Of a stretch of DNA of 32,000 nucleotides, positions 14,790 to 22,639 are shown in pieces. Both the position numbers and the translations under genes were made by a program. The stretch spans positions 2,220,001-2,252,000 of the forward strand of contig NC_014034.1 in the NCBI RefSeq assembly GCF_000021865.1, in the 5' to 3' direction. How positions within the stretch are numbered: position 1 is the stretch's first letter; every line of letters begins with the position of its first letter. The notes beneath the pieces were generated by a model. It had not been told where the DNA came from. It saw nothing but the letters and a program-made list of their open reading frames with translations, and ran no database searches. The stretch is from Rhodobacter capsulatus SB 1003 (GTDB taxonomy: Bacteria > Pseudomonadota > Alphaproteobacteria > Rhodobacterales > Rhodobacteraceae).

Positions 14790-16649
14790 TTGCCCTTGCC
14801 ATCCGTCGTTCCGTTCCTGCCCCTGCCCGGCGACACCCAGACGATCGCTGCGGCGCTGCACCAGCCCGGCGGTTTCACGGCCCAGGGCGATCTGGCACCG
14901 CATCTGGCGCGCGCGGTGGCGGCGCTCGGGATCGAGGGGCTGGTCAGCATCGGCGAGGCCGCGGCTCCGGCGCAGGGGGTGGCGCTTTACCGCGCCTGGC
15001 TCTTGCAGCACGGCCAGAAAGGGGACTCGGCGGCGGCCTGGTACAATCTCGGTGTCGCGCTGCAGCGGATGGGCAAACATGCCGAGGCCACGGCGGCGCT
15101 TGAGACCGCGCAAAGGTTGCGGCCGGGCCTGTGGCAGGCCGGTCTCGGCCGCGGGCTGGCCTTCGAGGCGGCGGGCGCCCCCGACAGCGCGCTCAGCGTC
15201 TGGCGCGAGCTTCTGCCCCCCGCCGAGGCGCGACGGCAGATCCACATCCAGCTGGCGCGGCTTCTGGAAGACCGCGGCCGTCTGGGCGAGGCGATCGAAG
15301 AAGCACGGGCGGCGCTCCTGATCGACCCCGACCAGCCCGACGTGATCCAGCATCTGGTGCACAACCGTCAGCGCACCACCACCTGGCCGGTGACCGAGGT
15401 CGCGGTGCCCGGCATTTCCGAGGAGCTGGCGGCGCGGCATGCGGGCCCTCTCGCGGCGCTGGCGCTGGTCGACGATCCGGCGCGGCAGGCCGAGATCTGC
15501 GCCAGCTGGATCGGCCGCAAACTGCCCGCGGCACCGCAGCTTCTGGCGCCTGCGGGCGGCTATGCCCATGACCGCGTGCGCATCGGCTATCTGTCGTCGG
15601 ATTTCTGCCGCCATGCGATGAGCTATCTGATCGCCGAGTTGCTGGAACGCCATGACCGCACCCGCTTCGAGATCTGGGGCTATGATGCCACCCGCGACGA
15701 TGGCAGCGACGTGCGCGCCCGGGTTCTGGCGGCGCTCGACCATCACGTCCCGATCCAGGACATGACCGACGAGGCCGCCGCCGCGCGCATCCGCGCCGAT
15801 GAGATCGACATCCTGATCGATCTGAACGGGCTGACCAAGGGCGCGCGTCCGGCGATCTTGCGGGCGAAACCGGCGCCGATGCAGGTCACCTATCTGGGCT
15901 ATATCGGCCCGGTGCCGCTGCCCGAACTCGATTATCTGCTGTGCGACGCGGTCACCGTGCCGCCCGGGGCCGAGGCCGATTACAGCCCCCGCCCGCTGCG
16001 GATCGCGGGCTGCTATCAGGCCAATGACGGTGTCATGCCGCAGCTGCCCGCCGTCACCCGCGCCGAGGAAGGCCTGCCCGAGGATGCCGTGGTCTTCACC
16101 TGCGTCTCGCATCATTACAAGCTGACCGAGGCGGTCTGGGGCGCCTGGTGCCGCATCGTCGCCCGGGTGCCCGGTTCGGTGCTCTGGATCATCGACGACA
16201 ACCCGGAGTCGCGCGCGGCGCTGACGGCGCGCTGGGGTGCGGCGGGGCTGGCGCCCGAACGGCTGATCTTTGCCGCCCGCACCGACCCCGCCCGCTACCG
16301 CGCCCGGCTGGCCTTGGCCGATCTTTTCCTCGACACCACGCCCTACAACGCGGGCACGATCGCCTCGGATGCCTTGCGGATGGGGCTGCCGCTGATCACC
16401 ACGCGCGGCCGGGCCTTTGCCGCGCGGATGGGGGCAAGCCTGCTTACCGCGATCGGCCTGCCCGACTGCATCGCCGAGGATCTGGCGGGCTACGAGGATC
16501 TGGCGGTGGCGATCGGAACCGATCCGGCGCGGCTTGGGGCGCTCAAGGCGCATCTGGCGACCGGCGCCTGGGAACGCACGCTGGGCGATGCCGAGGATTT
16601 CACCCGCCGCTTCGAAGCTGCGCTGCTGGCGGGCCGGGCCGCGCTCTGA
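14790..16649 (+). CDS. TPR-containing GT41-family glycosyltransferase (O-GlcNAc transferase / SPINDLY-like)
   Basis: 619 aa. TTG start at 14790, or at 14796 with better spacing from GAAGGAG at 14783-14788. The N-terminus has about 3 TPR-like units (AAWYNLGVALQRMGKHAEATAALETAQRLRP...). The catalytic region aligns by eye with human OGT: RIGYLSSDFCRHAMSYLI vs RVGYVSSDFGNHPTSHLM, LIDLNGLTKGARPAILRAKPAPMQVTYLGY vs [30 protein letters not shown], and PGSVLWII...DLFLDTTPYNAGTIASDALRMGLPLIT vs PNSVLWLL...[27 protein letters not shown]. Confidence 0.9.
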   Translation: MPLPSVVPFLPLPGDTQTIAAALHQPGGFTAQGDLAPHLARAVAALGIEGLVSIGEAAAPAQGVALYRAWLLQHGQKGDSAAAWYNLGVALQRMGKHAEATAALETAQRLRPGLWQAGLGRGLAFEAAGAPDSALSVWRELLPPAEARRQIHIQLARLLEDRGRLGEAIEEARAALLIDPDQPDVIQHLVHNRQRTTTWPVTEVAVPGISEELAARHAGPLAALALVDDPARQAEICASWIGRKLPAAPQLLAPAGGYAHDRVRIGYLSSDFCRHAMSYLIAELLERHDRTRFEIWGYDATRDDGSDVRARVLAALDHHVPIQDMTDEAAAARIRADEIDILIDLNGLTKGARPAILRAKPAPMQVTYLGYIGPVPLPELDYLLCDAVTVPPGAEADYSPRPLRIAGCYQANDGVMPQLPAVTRAEEGLPEDAVVFTCVSHHYKLTEAVWGAWCRIVARVPGSVLWIIDDNPESRAALTARWGAAGLAPERLIFAARTDPARYRARLALADLFLDTTPYNAGTIASDALRMGLPLITTRGRAFAARMGASLLTAIGLPDCIAEDLAGYEDLAVAIGTDPARLGALKAHLATGAWERTLGDAEDFTRRFEAALLAGRAAL

Positions 16650-16756
16650 CGCGCTCGGCCGCCTGCCCCCCCCCTGCCCCCGCAACGGGCGCAGTCTGCA
16701 CAGTCCGGCGGCGCCTGTCGCCGGATTGTCATGAAAGCTTCACTGGACGGGGGGAT

Positions 16757-16778
16757 TGCTTCCTGTATTCAGGAAGCA
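16757..16778 (+). promoter_or_regulatory. Perfect 9-bp inverted repeat overlapping the RBS and start codon of the arsR-arsC fusion gene (candidate operator or RBS-sequestering hairpin)
   Basis: TGCTTCCTG-TATT-CAGGAAGCA. The right arm contains the AGGAAG Shine-Dalgarno, and its last A is the A of ATG 16778. Confidence 0.4.
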
Positions 16779-17623
16779 TGGAAAACACTTGCCCCACCCC
16801 CGAGGCCGCCGCGGCCTTTGCCTGTCTTGGCCATCCCGGTCGCCTGTCGGTGTTCCGGATGCTCATGCGCTTTGCGCCGCAGGGCGTGCGGCCCACCGAA
16901 ATCGCCGCGGCGCTGGGGCTGAAGCCAAACACCCTCTCGCATCATCTGGCGGATCTGACTGCTTGCGGGCTGGTCACAGTCACCCGGCAGGGGCGGTCGC
17001 TTTTCTACGCCGTCGATCTTCACAAAACCGAATCCCTGATCGGCTATCTCGCCCTCGATCTGGGCCGGGCCCGGCCCGACCTGATGCCCAAAGCTCTTCA
17101 TGAAAAGGCAAATCCCATGCCCGACACGCCCTTCAACGTGCTTTTCATCTGCTCGGGCAATTCCGCCCGCTCGATCTTTGCCGAGGCGCTCCTGCGCGAT
17201 CTGGGCGCGGGCAAGTTCACCGCCCATTCCGCCGGAACGCGGCCCGGGACCGCGATCAACCCTTTCGCGCTCGAGGTGCTGAGCCGCAACGGCCATGACA
17301 CCGGGGGCCTGCGCGCCAAGCATCTGTCGGAGTTCCAGGGCCCCGCCGCGCCGCAGATGGAGTTCGTCTTCACCGTCTGCGATACGGCGGCGGCCGAGGA
17401 CTGCCCGCCCTGGCCCGGTCAGCCGATCACCGGCCATTGGGGCCTGCCCGATCCGGTCAAGGCCACCGGCACCGAGGCCGAACGCGCGCTGGTTTTCGCC
17501 CAGACCTACGGGGCGCTGCGCCGCCGCATTGCCGCCTTTGTCGACCTGCCCTTTGCCACGCTCGACCGGCTGGCGCTGCAAACCCGCGTCGATGCGATCG
17601 GCGCCCTGCCCGAAAAGGCCTGA
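16778..17623 (+). CDS. ArsR/SmtB-family HTH regulator fused in frame to an LMW-PTP-type (thioredoxin-coupled) arsenate reductase ArsC
   Basis: ATG 16778 follows an AGGAAG RBS. The upstream part of the 491-aa ORF overlaps the GT41 gene and is rejected. The N-terminal half has a winged-helix ArsR-like region (LGHPGRLSVFRML...PTEIAAALGLKPNTLSHHLADLTACGLV...GRSLFY). The C-terminal half has the CX5R P-loop FICSGNSARS and a distal Cys pair VCDTAAAEDCP. No stop codon separates the two halves. Confidence 0.8.
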   Translation: MENTCPTPEAAAAFACLGHPGRLSVFRMLMRFAPQGVRPTEIAAALGLKPNTLSHHLADLTACGLVTVTRQGRSLFYAVDLHKTESLIGYLALDLGRARPDLMPKALHEKANPMPDTPFNVLFICSGNSARSIFAEALLRDLGAGKFTAHSAGTRPGTAINPFALEVLSRNGHDTGGLRAKHLSEFQGPAAPQMEFVFTVCDTAAAEDCPPWPGQPITGHWGLPDPVKATGTEAERALVFAQTYGALRRRIAAFVDLPFATLDRLALQTRVDAIGALPEKA

Positions 17624-17626
17624 GCC

Positions 17627-18634
17627 ATGGCGAGACTTGCGATCAACGGCTTGGGCCGGATGGGAAAACTGCTCTTGCGGCGGCTCATCGATCTGGGGCG
17701 CGGGCCCGAGATCGTGCTTTTGAACGACGCCATGGGCGACGCCGAAACCCATGCGCTGCTGCTCGAGTTCGACACGGTGCATGGCCGCTGGCCGACCCCG
17801 GTTGCCGCCACCGAAACCGGGCTTCAGATCGCGGGGCAGCGCATCCGGCTGACGCGGGAAAAGACCCTTGAAGCCCTGCCCCTGGCCGAGATCGGGGTCG
17901 ATCTGGTGCTCGATTGCACCGGGCAGTTCAAGACCGCGGCCAAGGTCCAGCCCTATTTCGATGCAGGCGTGCGCAAGGTCGTCGTTTCGGCCCCGGTCAA
18001 GGATACGGGCGCGCTGAACCTCGTCTATGGCGTGAACCACGTGCTTTACGATGGCAGCCAGCGGCTGATCACGGCGGCGTCCTGCACCACCAACTGCCTG
18101 GCCCCCATCGTGAAGGTGATCCACGAAGCGCTTGGGATCAAACACGGATCCATCACCACACTGCATGACGTGACGAACACGCAAACGATCGTCGACCGCC
18201 CCGCGAAAGACCTGCGCCGGGCGCGGTCGGCGCTGATGAACCTCATTCCCACCACCACCGGCTCGGCCACGGCGATCACGCTGATCTATCCCGAGCTGAA
18301 AGGGCGGCTCAATGGCCATGCCGTCCGGGTGCCGCTTTTGAATGCCTCGCTGACCGATTGCGTCTTCGAACTTGACCGCCCGACCACGGTCGCAGAGGTG
18401 AACAGCCTTCTGCAGACCGCCGCCGAGGGAGGGCTGAACGGCATCCTCGGTTTCGAGACGCGGCCGCTGGTGTCGTCGGATTTCACCAACGACCCGCGCT
18501 CGGCGGTGATCGACGGCCCCTCGACGATGGTGGTCAATGGCACGCAGCTCAAGCTTTACGCCTGGTATGACAACGAATGGGGCTATGTCTGCCGGATGGC
18601 CGATATCGCCCGAATGGTGGCGGGGTCGTTGTGA
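17627..18634 (+). CDS. gap: Glyceraldehyde-3-phosphate dehydrogenase, ArsJ-associated type
   Basis: 335 aa. [11 protein letters not shown]-binding N-terminus and catalytic SCTTNCLAP are present. It starts 3 nt after the arsRC stop, and its stop overlaps the arsJ GTG start (GTGA). Confidence 0.9.
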   Translation: MARLAINGLGRMGKLLLRRLIDLGRGPEIVLLNDAMGDAETHALLLEFDTVHGRWPTPVAATETGLQIAGQRIRLTREKTLEALPLAEIGVDLVLDCTGQFKTAAKVQPYFDAGVRKVVVSAPVKDTGALNLVYGVNHVLYDGSQRLITAASCTTNCLAPIVKVIHEALGIKHGSITTLHDVTNTQTIVDRPAKDLRRARSALMNLIPTTTGSATAITLIYPELKGRLNGHAVRVPLLNASLTDCVFELDRPTTVAEVNSLLQTAAEGGLNGILGFETRPLVSSDFTNDPRSAVIDGPSTMVVNGTQLKLYAWYDNEWGYVCRMADIARMVAGSL

Positions 18635-19467
18635 GCGCCAATCCGATCCGCGCCTACGCTGCCGTCACCGCCGCCTATTGGGCCTTCATGCTCACCGATG
18701 GCGCGCTGCGGATGCTGGTGCTGTTGCAGTTCAACGGGCTGGGCTTCAGCCCGGTCGCGCTGGCCTGGCTGTTTCTGCTTTACGAAGTCGCGGGCATTGC
18801 CACCAATCTTGGCGCGGGCTGGCTGGCGGCGCGGTTCGGCCTGGCCGCCACGCTTTACGGCGGGCTTGGCCTGCAGGTCGCGGCGCTGGTCGCGCTGACG
18901 CAGCTGGACCCGGGCTGGTCGATCCCCGCCTCGGTCGCTTTCGTGATGGCGGTGCAGGGTGTCTCGGGCGTTGCCAAGGATCTGGCCAAGATGTCGTCGA
19001 AATCGGCGGTGAAACTGCTCGCCCCCAGCGGCGAGGGCGGGCTGTTTCGCTGGGTGGCGGCGCTGACCGGGTCAAAGAACGCGGTGAAGGGGCTCGGCTT
19101 CTTCCTTGGCGCGGCGCTTCTGGCGCTTGTCGGCTTCAAGCCGGCGATCTGGGGCATGGCGGGGCTTCTGGCGGCGATCCTGATCGCGGTCGTGGCCTTC
19201 CTGCCCAAGGGCCTGCCCGGGAAGATGAAATCCGACGAGGCCTGGGGCGGCTGGCGGTCGCAGGACCCGCAGGTGAACCGGCTTTCGCTGGCGCGGATGT
19301 TCCTTTTTGGCGCCCGCGATGTCTGGTTCGTCGTCGGGCTTCCGGTCTATTTCCAGGCGGTTCTCTCCGACGGCACCGCCGAGGGCCGCCGCGAGGCGTT
19401 CTTTCTGACCGGCGGTTTCATGGCGCTCTGGATCATCGCCTACGGCGCGGTGCAGGCCTTCGGGGGC
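18631..19467 (+). pseudogene. arsJ: arsJ (MFS organoarsenical / 1-arseno-3-phosphoglycerate efflux permease), 3'-truncated
   Basis: GTG 18631 starts (M)[40 protein letters not shown]...LFLLYE..., a typical ArsJ N-terminus. Membrane-like sequence stops after about 279 aa at ...WIIAYGAVQAFG. The ORF then reads through Arg-rich nonsense to 20205, antisense to an integrase remnant. Full-length ArsJ is about 400+ aa (from memory). The junction coordinate is approximate (plus or minus 15 nt). Confidence 0.7.
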
Positions 19468-20325
19468 AGCATTCGCAAGCACTCTCGCGCGGGTCTTCGT
19501 CAGCACGGCGGGCGGCAGCGGGTCGCGCTTCTCCGACGCCTTCTGTCCCTGTCCCTTCGCCACCCGCGCCACGGGCAAGCGGCTGAACGGGTTCGGCATC
19601 GTGTCGGGCATCCCGAACTCGACCTTGGCGAAGTTGACCACGGCGGACAGGATCGCCAACTCCCGCGACACCGTTGCCGCGCTGACCTTCGTCCCTGTCC
19701 CTTTGCCCGTCGCCTTCACCCGGTCAAGCATGTGATCGCGGACGGCGCGGGCGTCCTCTGGCGTGATGGCGGTCAACAGCGGATCGCGCCCGATGGCAGC
19801 GATTGCCGCCTCCACAACGCGGGTCGCAAGCCCCACAACGCGGCTGTCCGTCTCCGGGCTGTCCGCTTTCAGATGCTCTTTCAGATAGAGCCGCAGGGCG
19901 TCCCCCAAGGTCGGCTCCGGGGGCCTGCAGCGTTCCGGCCCAAGGCGCAGAAGGTTGACCGTGTGGCGATCCACCGGGGGCGCTCCGAGGGGTTCATAGC
20001 CCACTTGCGGGAAGCTCTCGGCCAGAGAATCGGCAGCGATTTCCAAGGCTTCCTCGGTCGCGCCACGCGCCACCAGATCGGCCCGACGCAGCCACCGCCC
20101 CGGCCATCCTTTTCTTCGCCGCCTCAATCTCGCGCTCCACCTGGGCGTGATACTGAGGACAGGCGGCAAGGGCTTCCTTCTGGGAATCGCCCGGCTTGCG
20201 CTTGAACTCGCGCTTGGGGATGACCTCGGAAACGTCCTTGGGAACCTGCGGCGGTATTGCCGGCTTCCCGATCTGGTTTGCTCAACGTGCTTCAAGACAA
20301 GCCCCGTATGTGCTCGAATGTGCAC
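19455..20325 (-). pseudogene. Phage/ICE-type tyrosine integrase remnant: N-terminal arm/core-binding part only, at least 2 frameshifts, catalytic domain missing
   Basis: Frame A gives ...SRQYRRR. A -1 shift near 20245 is then needed to read VPKDVSEVIPKREFKRKPGDSQKEALAACPQYHAQVEREIEAAKKR. A second shift at about 20080-20115 returns to ...ADLVARGATEEALEIAADSL...TLGDALRLYLKEHL...ITPEDARAVRDHMLDR...SAATVSRELAILSAVVNFA...DPLPPAVL. These are typical of integrase N-terminal and SAM-like domains. No R-K-H-R-H-Y catalytic region follows. The remnant lies directly next to the 3' end of a tRNA gene. Confidence 0.65.
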
Positions 20326-20382
20326 CGGAAGGGACGCAAGGGCCAGAAGATATTGAGAAATTTGACCCTAATAGGGTTCAGT

Positions 20383-20456
20383 TGGAGCGGGTGAAGGGAA
20401 TCGAACCCTCGTCATCAGCTTGGGAAGCTGCGGCTCTACCATTGAGCTACACCCGC
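20383..20456 (-). tRNA. tRNA-Gly (anticodon CCC), CCA encoded
   Basis: Reverse complement: GCGGGTG-TA-GCTC-AATGGTA-GAGC-C-GCAGC-TTCCCAA-GCTGA-TGAC-GAGGG-TTCGATT-CCCTT-CACCCGC-TCCA. This gives a 7-bp acceptor stem, D and T arms with GTTCGATTC, and anticodon loop TT-CCC-AA. There is one G:A mismatch at the top of the anticodon stem. Confidence 0.85.
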
Positions 20457-20490
20457 GTTGAGCGTCAGATAAGCGATGCCTCAGCCGCCG

Positions 20491-22530
20491 TCAAGCGCCG
20501 ATCTGACCGCGGCGGCGGCGGCGACCGCCGCCCTCGCCCGAGCCGCCCGCGTTGAAATTCACCTCGGGCAGCGTGATCAGCGCCGTCAGATGCGGGAACG
20601 GATCGGTCGCATGCGGAATCGCATTGGCCGCCACGAAATGCTCCTGAAAACGCGGCTCGATCGCGGTCTCGATCTTCACGATCCGCCGCACCTGCGCCTC
20701 GATCCCCCGCCGCGCCGCCACCGAGCACAGCGCCATCCGCGCCCCGGTCCCGGCCGCATTGCCCGCCGAGCTGACCGCCTCCAGCGCCACATCGGGGATC
20801 ATCCCCAGCACCATCGCATGTTTCGGACTGATATGGGCGCCAAAGGCCCCGGCCAGAACGACCCGGTCGACCCGGTCCACCCCCATCTCGTCCATGAGCA
20901 ACCGCGCGCCCGCGTAAAGCGCGGATTTCGCAAGCTGAATCGCCCGGATATCGCCCTGTGTCACGGTGATGCGCGGCCCGCCCGCGGCGCTGGCGTCGTG
21001 GATCACGTATTCCTGCGTCCGCCCCATCGCGACGCAGCGCGCCGTGCCCACCTGCTCGGCCGAGCCGATCAGCCCCGAGGCATCAAGGATCCCCGCGATC
21101 CGCATCTCGGCCACCGCCTCGATGATGCCCGAGCCGCAGATGCCGGTGATCTCCGGCGTGCCGAAGGCCGGATCGTCCGACCAGTGGTCATTGCCGATAA
21201 TGCGGAAGCGCGGCTCCTTCGTCGCCGGATCGATCTCGATGCGCTCGATCGCGCCCGGCGCTGCGCGCTGCCCGGAGGAAATCTGCGCCCCTTCAAAGGC
21301 CGGGCCGGTGGGCGAGGAACAGGCCAGAACCCGGGTGCTGTTGCCCAGAAGGATCTCGGCATTGGTGCCGACATCGACGATCAGCGACAGATCCTCGCGG
21401 GTTTCGGGCGCTTCCGAGAGCGCGACGGCCGCGCAATCGGCGCCGACATGGCCCGCAATCAAGGGCAGGATATAGGCCCGCGCCCCGGCGGCAATGGGCG
21501 TCAAGCCGAGCCCGGCGGCCGAGAGGGTCAGCCCCTGCCCCGTCGCCAGCGCGAAGGGCGCCTGCCCCAGTTCGACCGGATCGAGGCCGAGCAAAAGATG
21601 GTGCATGACCGGATTGCAGACGATCACCGCCTCGACCACCGCGGCGGCCTCGATCCCGGCCTCAAGCGCCAGCGCCTCGGCCAGCGTGGCCAGCGCCGCG
21701 CGCACCGCCGCGGTCATCTCGGCCGCGCCGCCCGGGTTCATCATCGCATAGCTGACGCGGCTCATCAGATCCTCGCCAAAGCGGATCTGCGGGTTCATCA
21801 GCCCCGAGGAGGCGAGCACCCGGCCGTCATCAAGCGCCACCAGATGCCCCGCGATCGTGGTCGAGCCAAGGTCGATCGCCAGGCCGTAAAGCGGCGCCTC
21901 GCGCAGGCCCGGAAACAGCGCGACAAGCTGCGGCGGGGTGCCGTCGCCCGCCTCCTGCACCGCCGCCGTGACCTGCCAGTTGCCTTTGCGCAAGACCGGC
22001 TGCAGCTGCGCCAGAACCGCAAGATCGGCCTGCAAACCCTTGATCTGCCATTGGCTTTCCAAAGCCGCCGCAAGGCGTTCGAAATCGCTTGAGGGTTCGT
22101 GCATCGAGGGCTCGGCGACTTCGACATAAAGCGGCCGGGTGGCCGGATCCATCTGCATCACCCGCTCGGAGGCGGATTTGCGGATCACCTGCTTGTGCAC
22201 CTGGCTTTCGGCCGGAACGTCGATCACCACATCGCCCGTCACGCAGGCCTGACAGCCCAGCCGCCGTCCCGGTTTCAGGCCGCGGATACGGTCGTAACGC
22301 TCCTCGACCGCGTTGAGCGGGCTGAGCGCCCCGGCGCCGACGCTGACGCCATGTTTGGGAAAATCGCCATAGCCCGGAGAGATCTGACATTTCGAGCAGA
22401 TGCCGCGCCCGCCGCAGACGGAATCGAGATCGACGCCCAGCGCGCGGGCGGCTGCCAGAACCGGCGTGCCCAGCGCCACCCGGCCGCGCTTGCCCGAGGG
22501 CGTGAAAATCACCAATGCATCGTCACTCAT
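20491..22530 (-). CDS. RACo-like corrinoid reductive activase (N-terminal plant-type 2Fe-2S ferredoxin domain plus ASKHA/DUF4445 ATPase domain)
   Basis: 679 aa. The N-terminus has CGGRGICSKCQ...LGCQAC, a 2Fe-2S ligand pattern. The central and C-terminal part has ASKHA motifs (GLAIDLGSTTIAG, IVDVGTNAEILLG, ICGSGIIE). Confidence 0.8.
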   Translation of the reverse strand: MSDDALVIFTPSGKRGRVALGTPVLAAARALGVDLDSVCGGRGICSKCQISPGYGDFPKHGVSVGAGALSPLNAVEERYDRIRGLKPGRRLGCQACVTGDVVIDVPAESQVHKQVIRKSASERVMQMDPATRPLYVEVAEPSMHEPSSDFERLAAALESQWQIKGLQADLAVLAQLQPVLRKGNWQVTAAVQEAGDGTPPQLVALFPGLREAPLYGLAIDLGSTTIAGHLVALDDGRVLASSGLMNPQIRFGEDLMSRVSYAMMNPGGAAEMTAAVRAALATLAEALALEAGIEAAAVVEAVIVCNPVMHHLLLGLDPVELGQAPFALATGQGLTLSAAGLGLTPIAAGARAYILPLIAGHVGADCAAVALSEAPETREDLSLIVDVGTNAEILLGNSTRVLACSSPTGPAFEGAQISSGQRAAPGAIERIEIDPATKEPRFRIIGNDHWSDDPAFGTPEITGICGSGIIEAVAEMRIAGILDASGLIGSAEQVGTARCVAMGRTQEYVIHDASAAGGPRITVTQGDIRAIQLAKSALYAGARLLMDEMGVDRVDRVVLAGAFGAHISPKHAMVLGMIPDVALEAVSSAGNAAGTGARMALCSVAARRGIEAQVRRIVKIETAIEPRFQEHFVAANAIPHATDPFPHLTALITLPEVNFNAGGSGEGGGRRRRRGQIGA

Positions 22531-22639
22531 CGCGCTCTCCCTGATTCAGGATCCGTTCTAGGACAGCCCGCGCGCAAGGCAAAGCCCGGCTGCGACAGCA
22601 AGTCGCGGCTTTGCGGCATGCGGAAGGCGAAACGGCGGA

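Noticed and set aside
16148-16777. Upstream 210 codons of the 491-aa ORF that contains the arsR-arsC fusion
   Set aside because: This part overlaps the 3' end of the GT41 gene in another frame and its translation is low-complexity. A good RBS and ATG lie at 16778, where ArsR-like sequence begins.
18577-20205. 542-aa ORF taken at face value as one intact transporter
   Set aside because: Only the first ~280 residues are ArsJ-like membrane sequence. The remainder is Arg-rich read-through lying antisense to integrase-like coding sequence, so I treat it as truncated arsJ plus junk.
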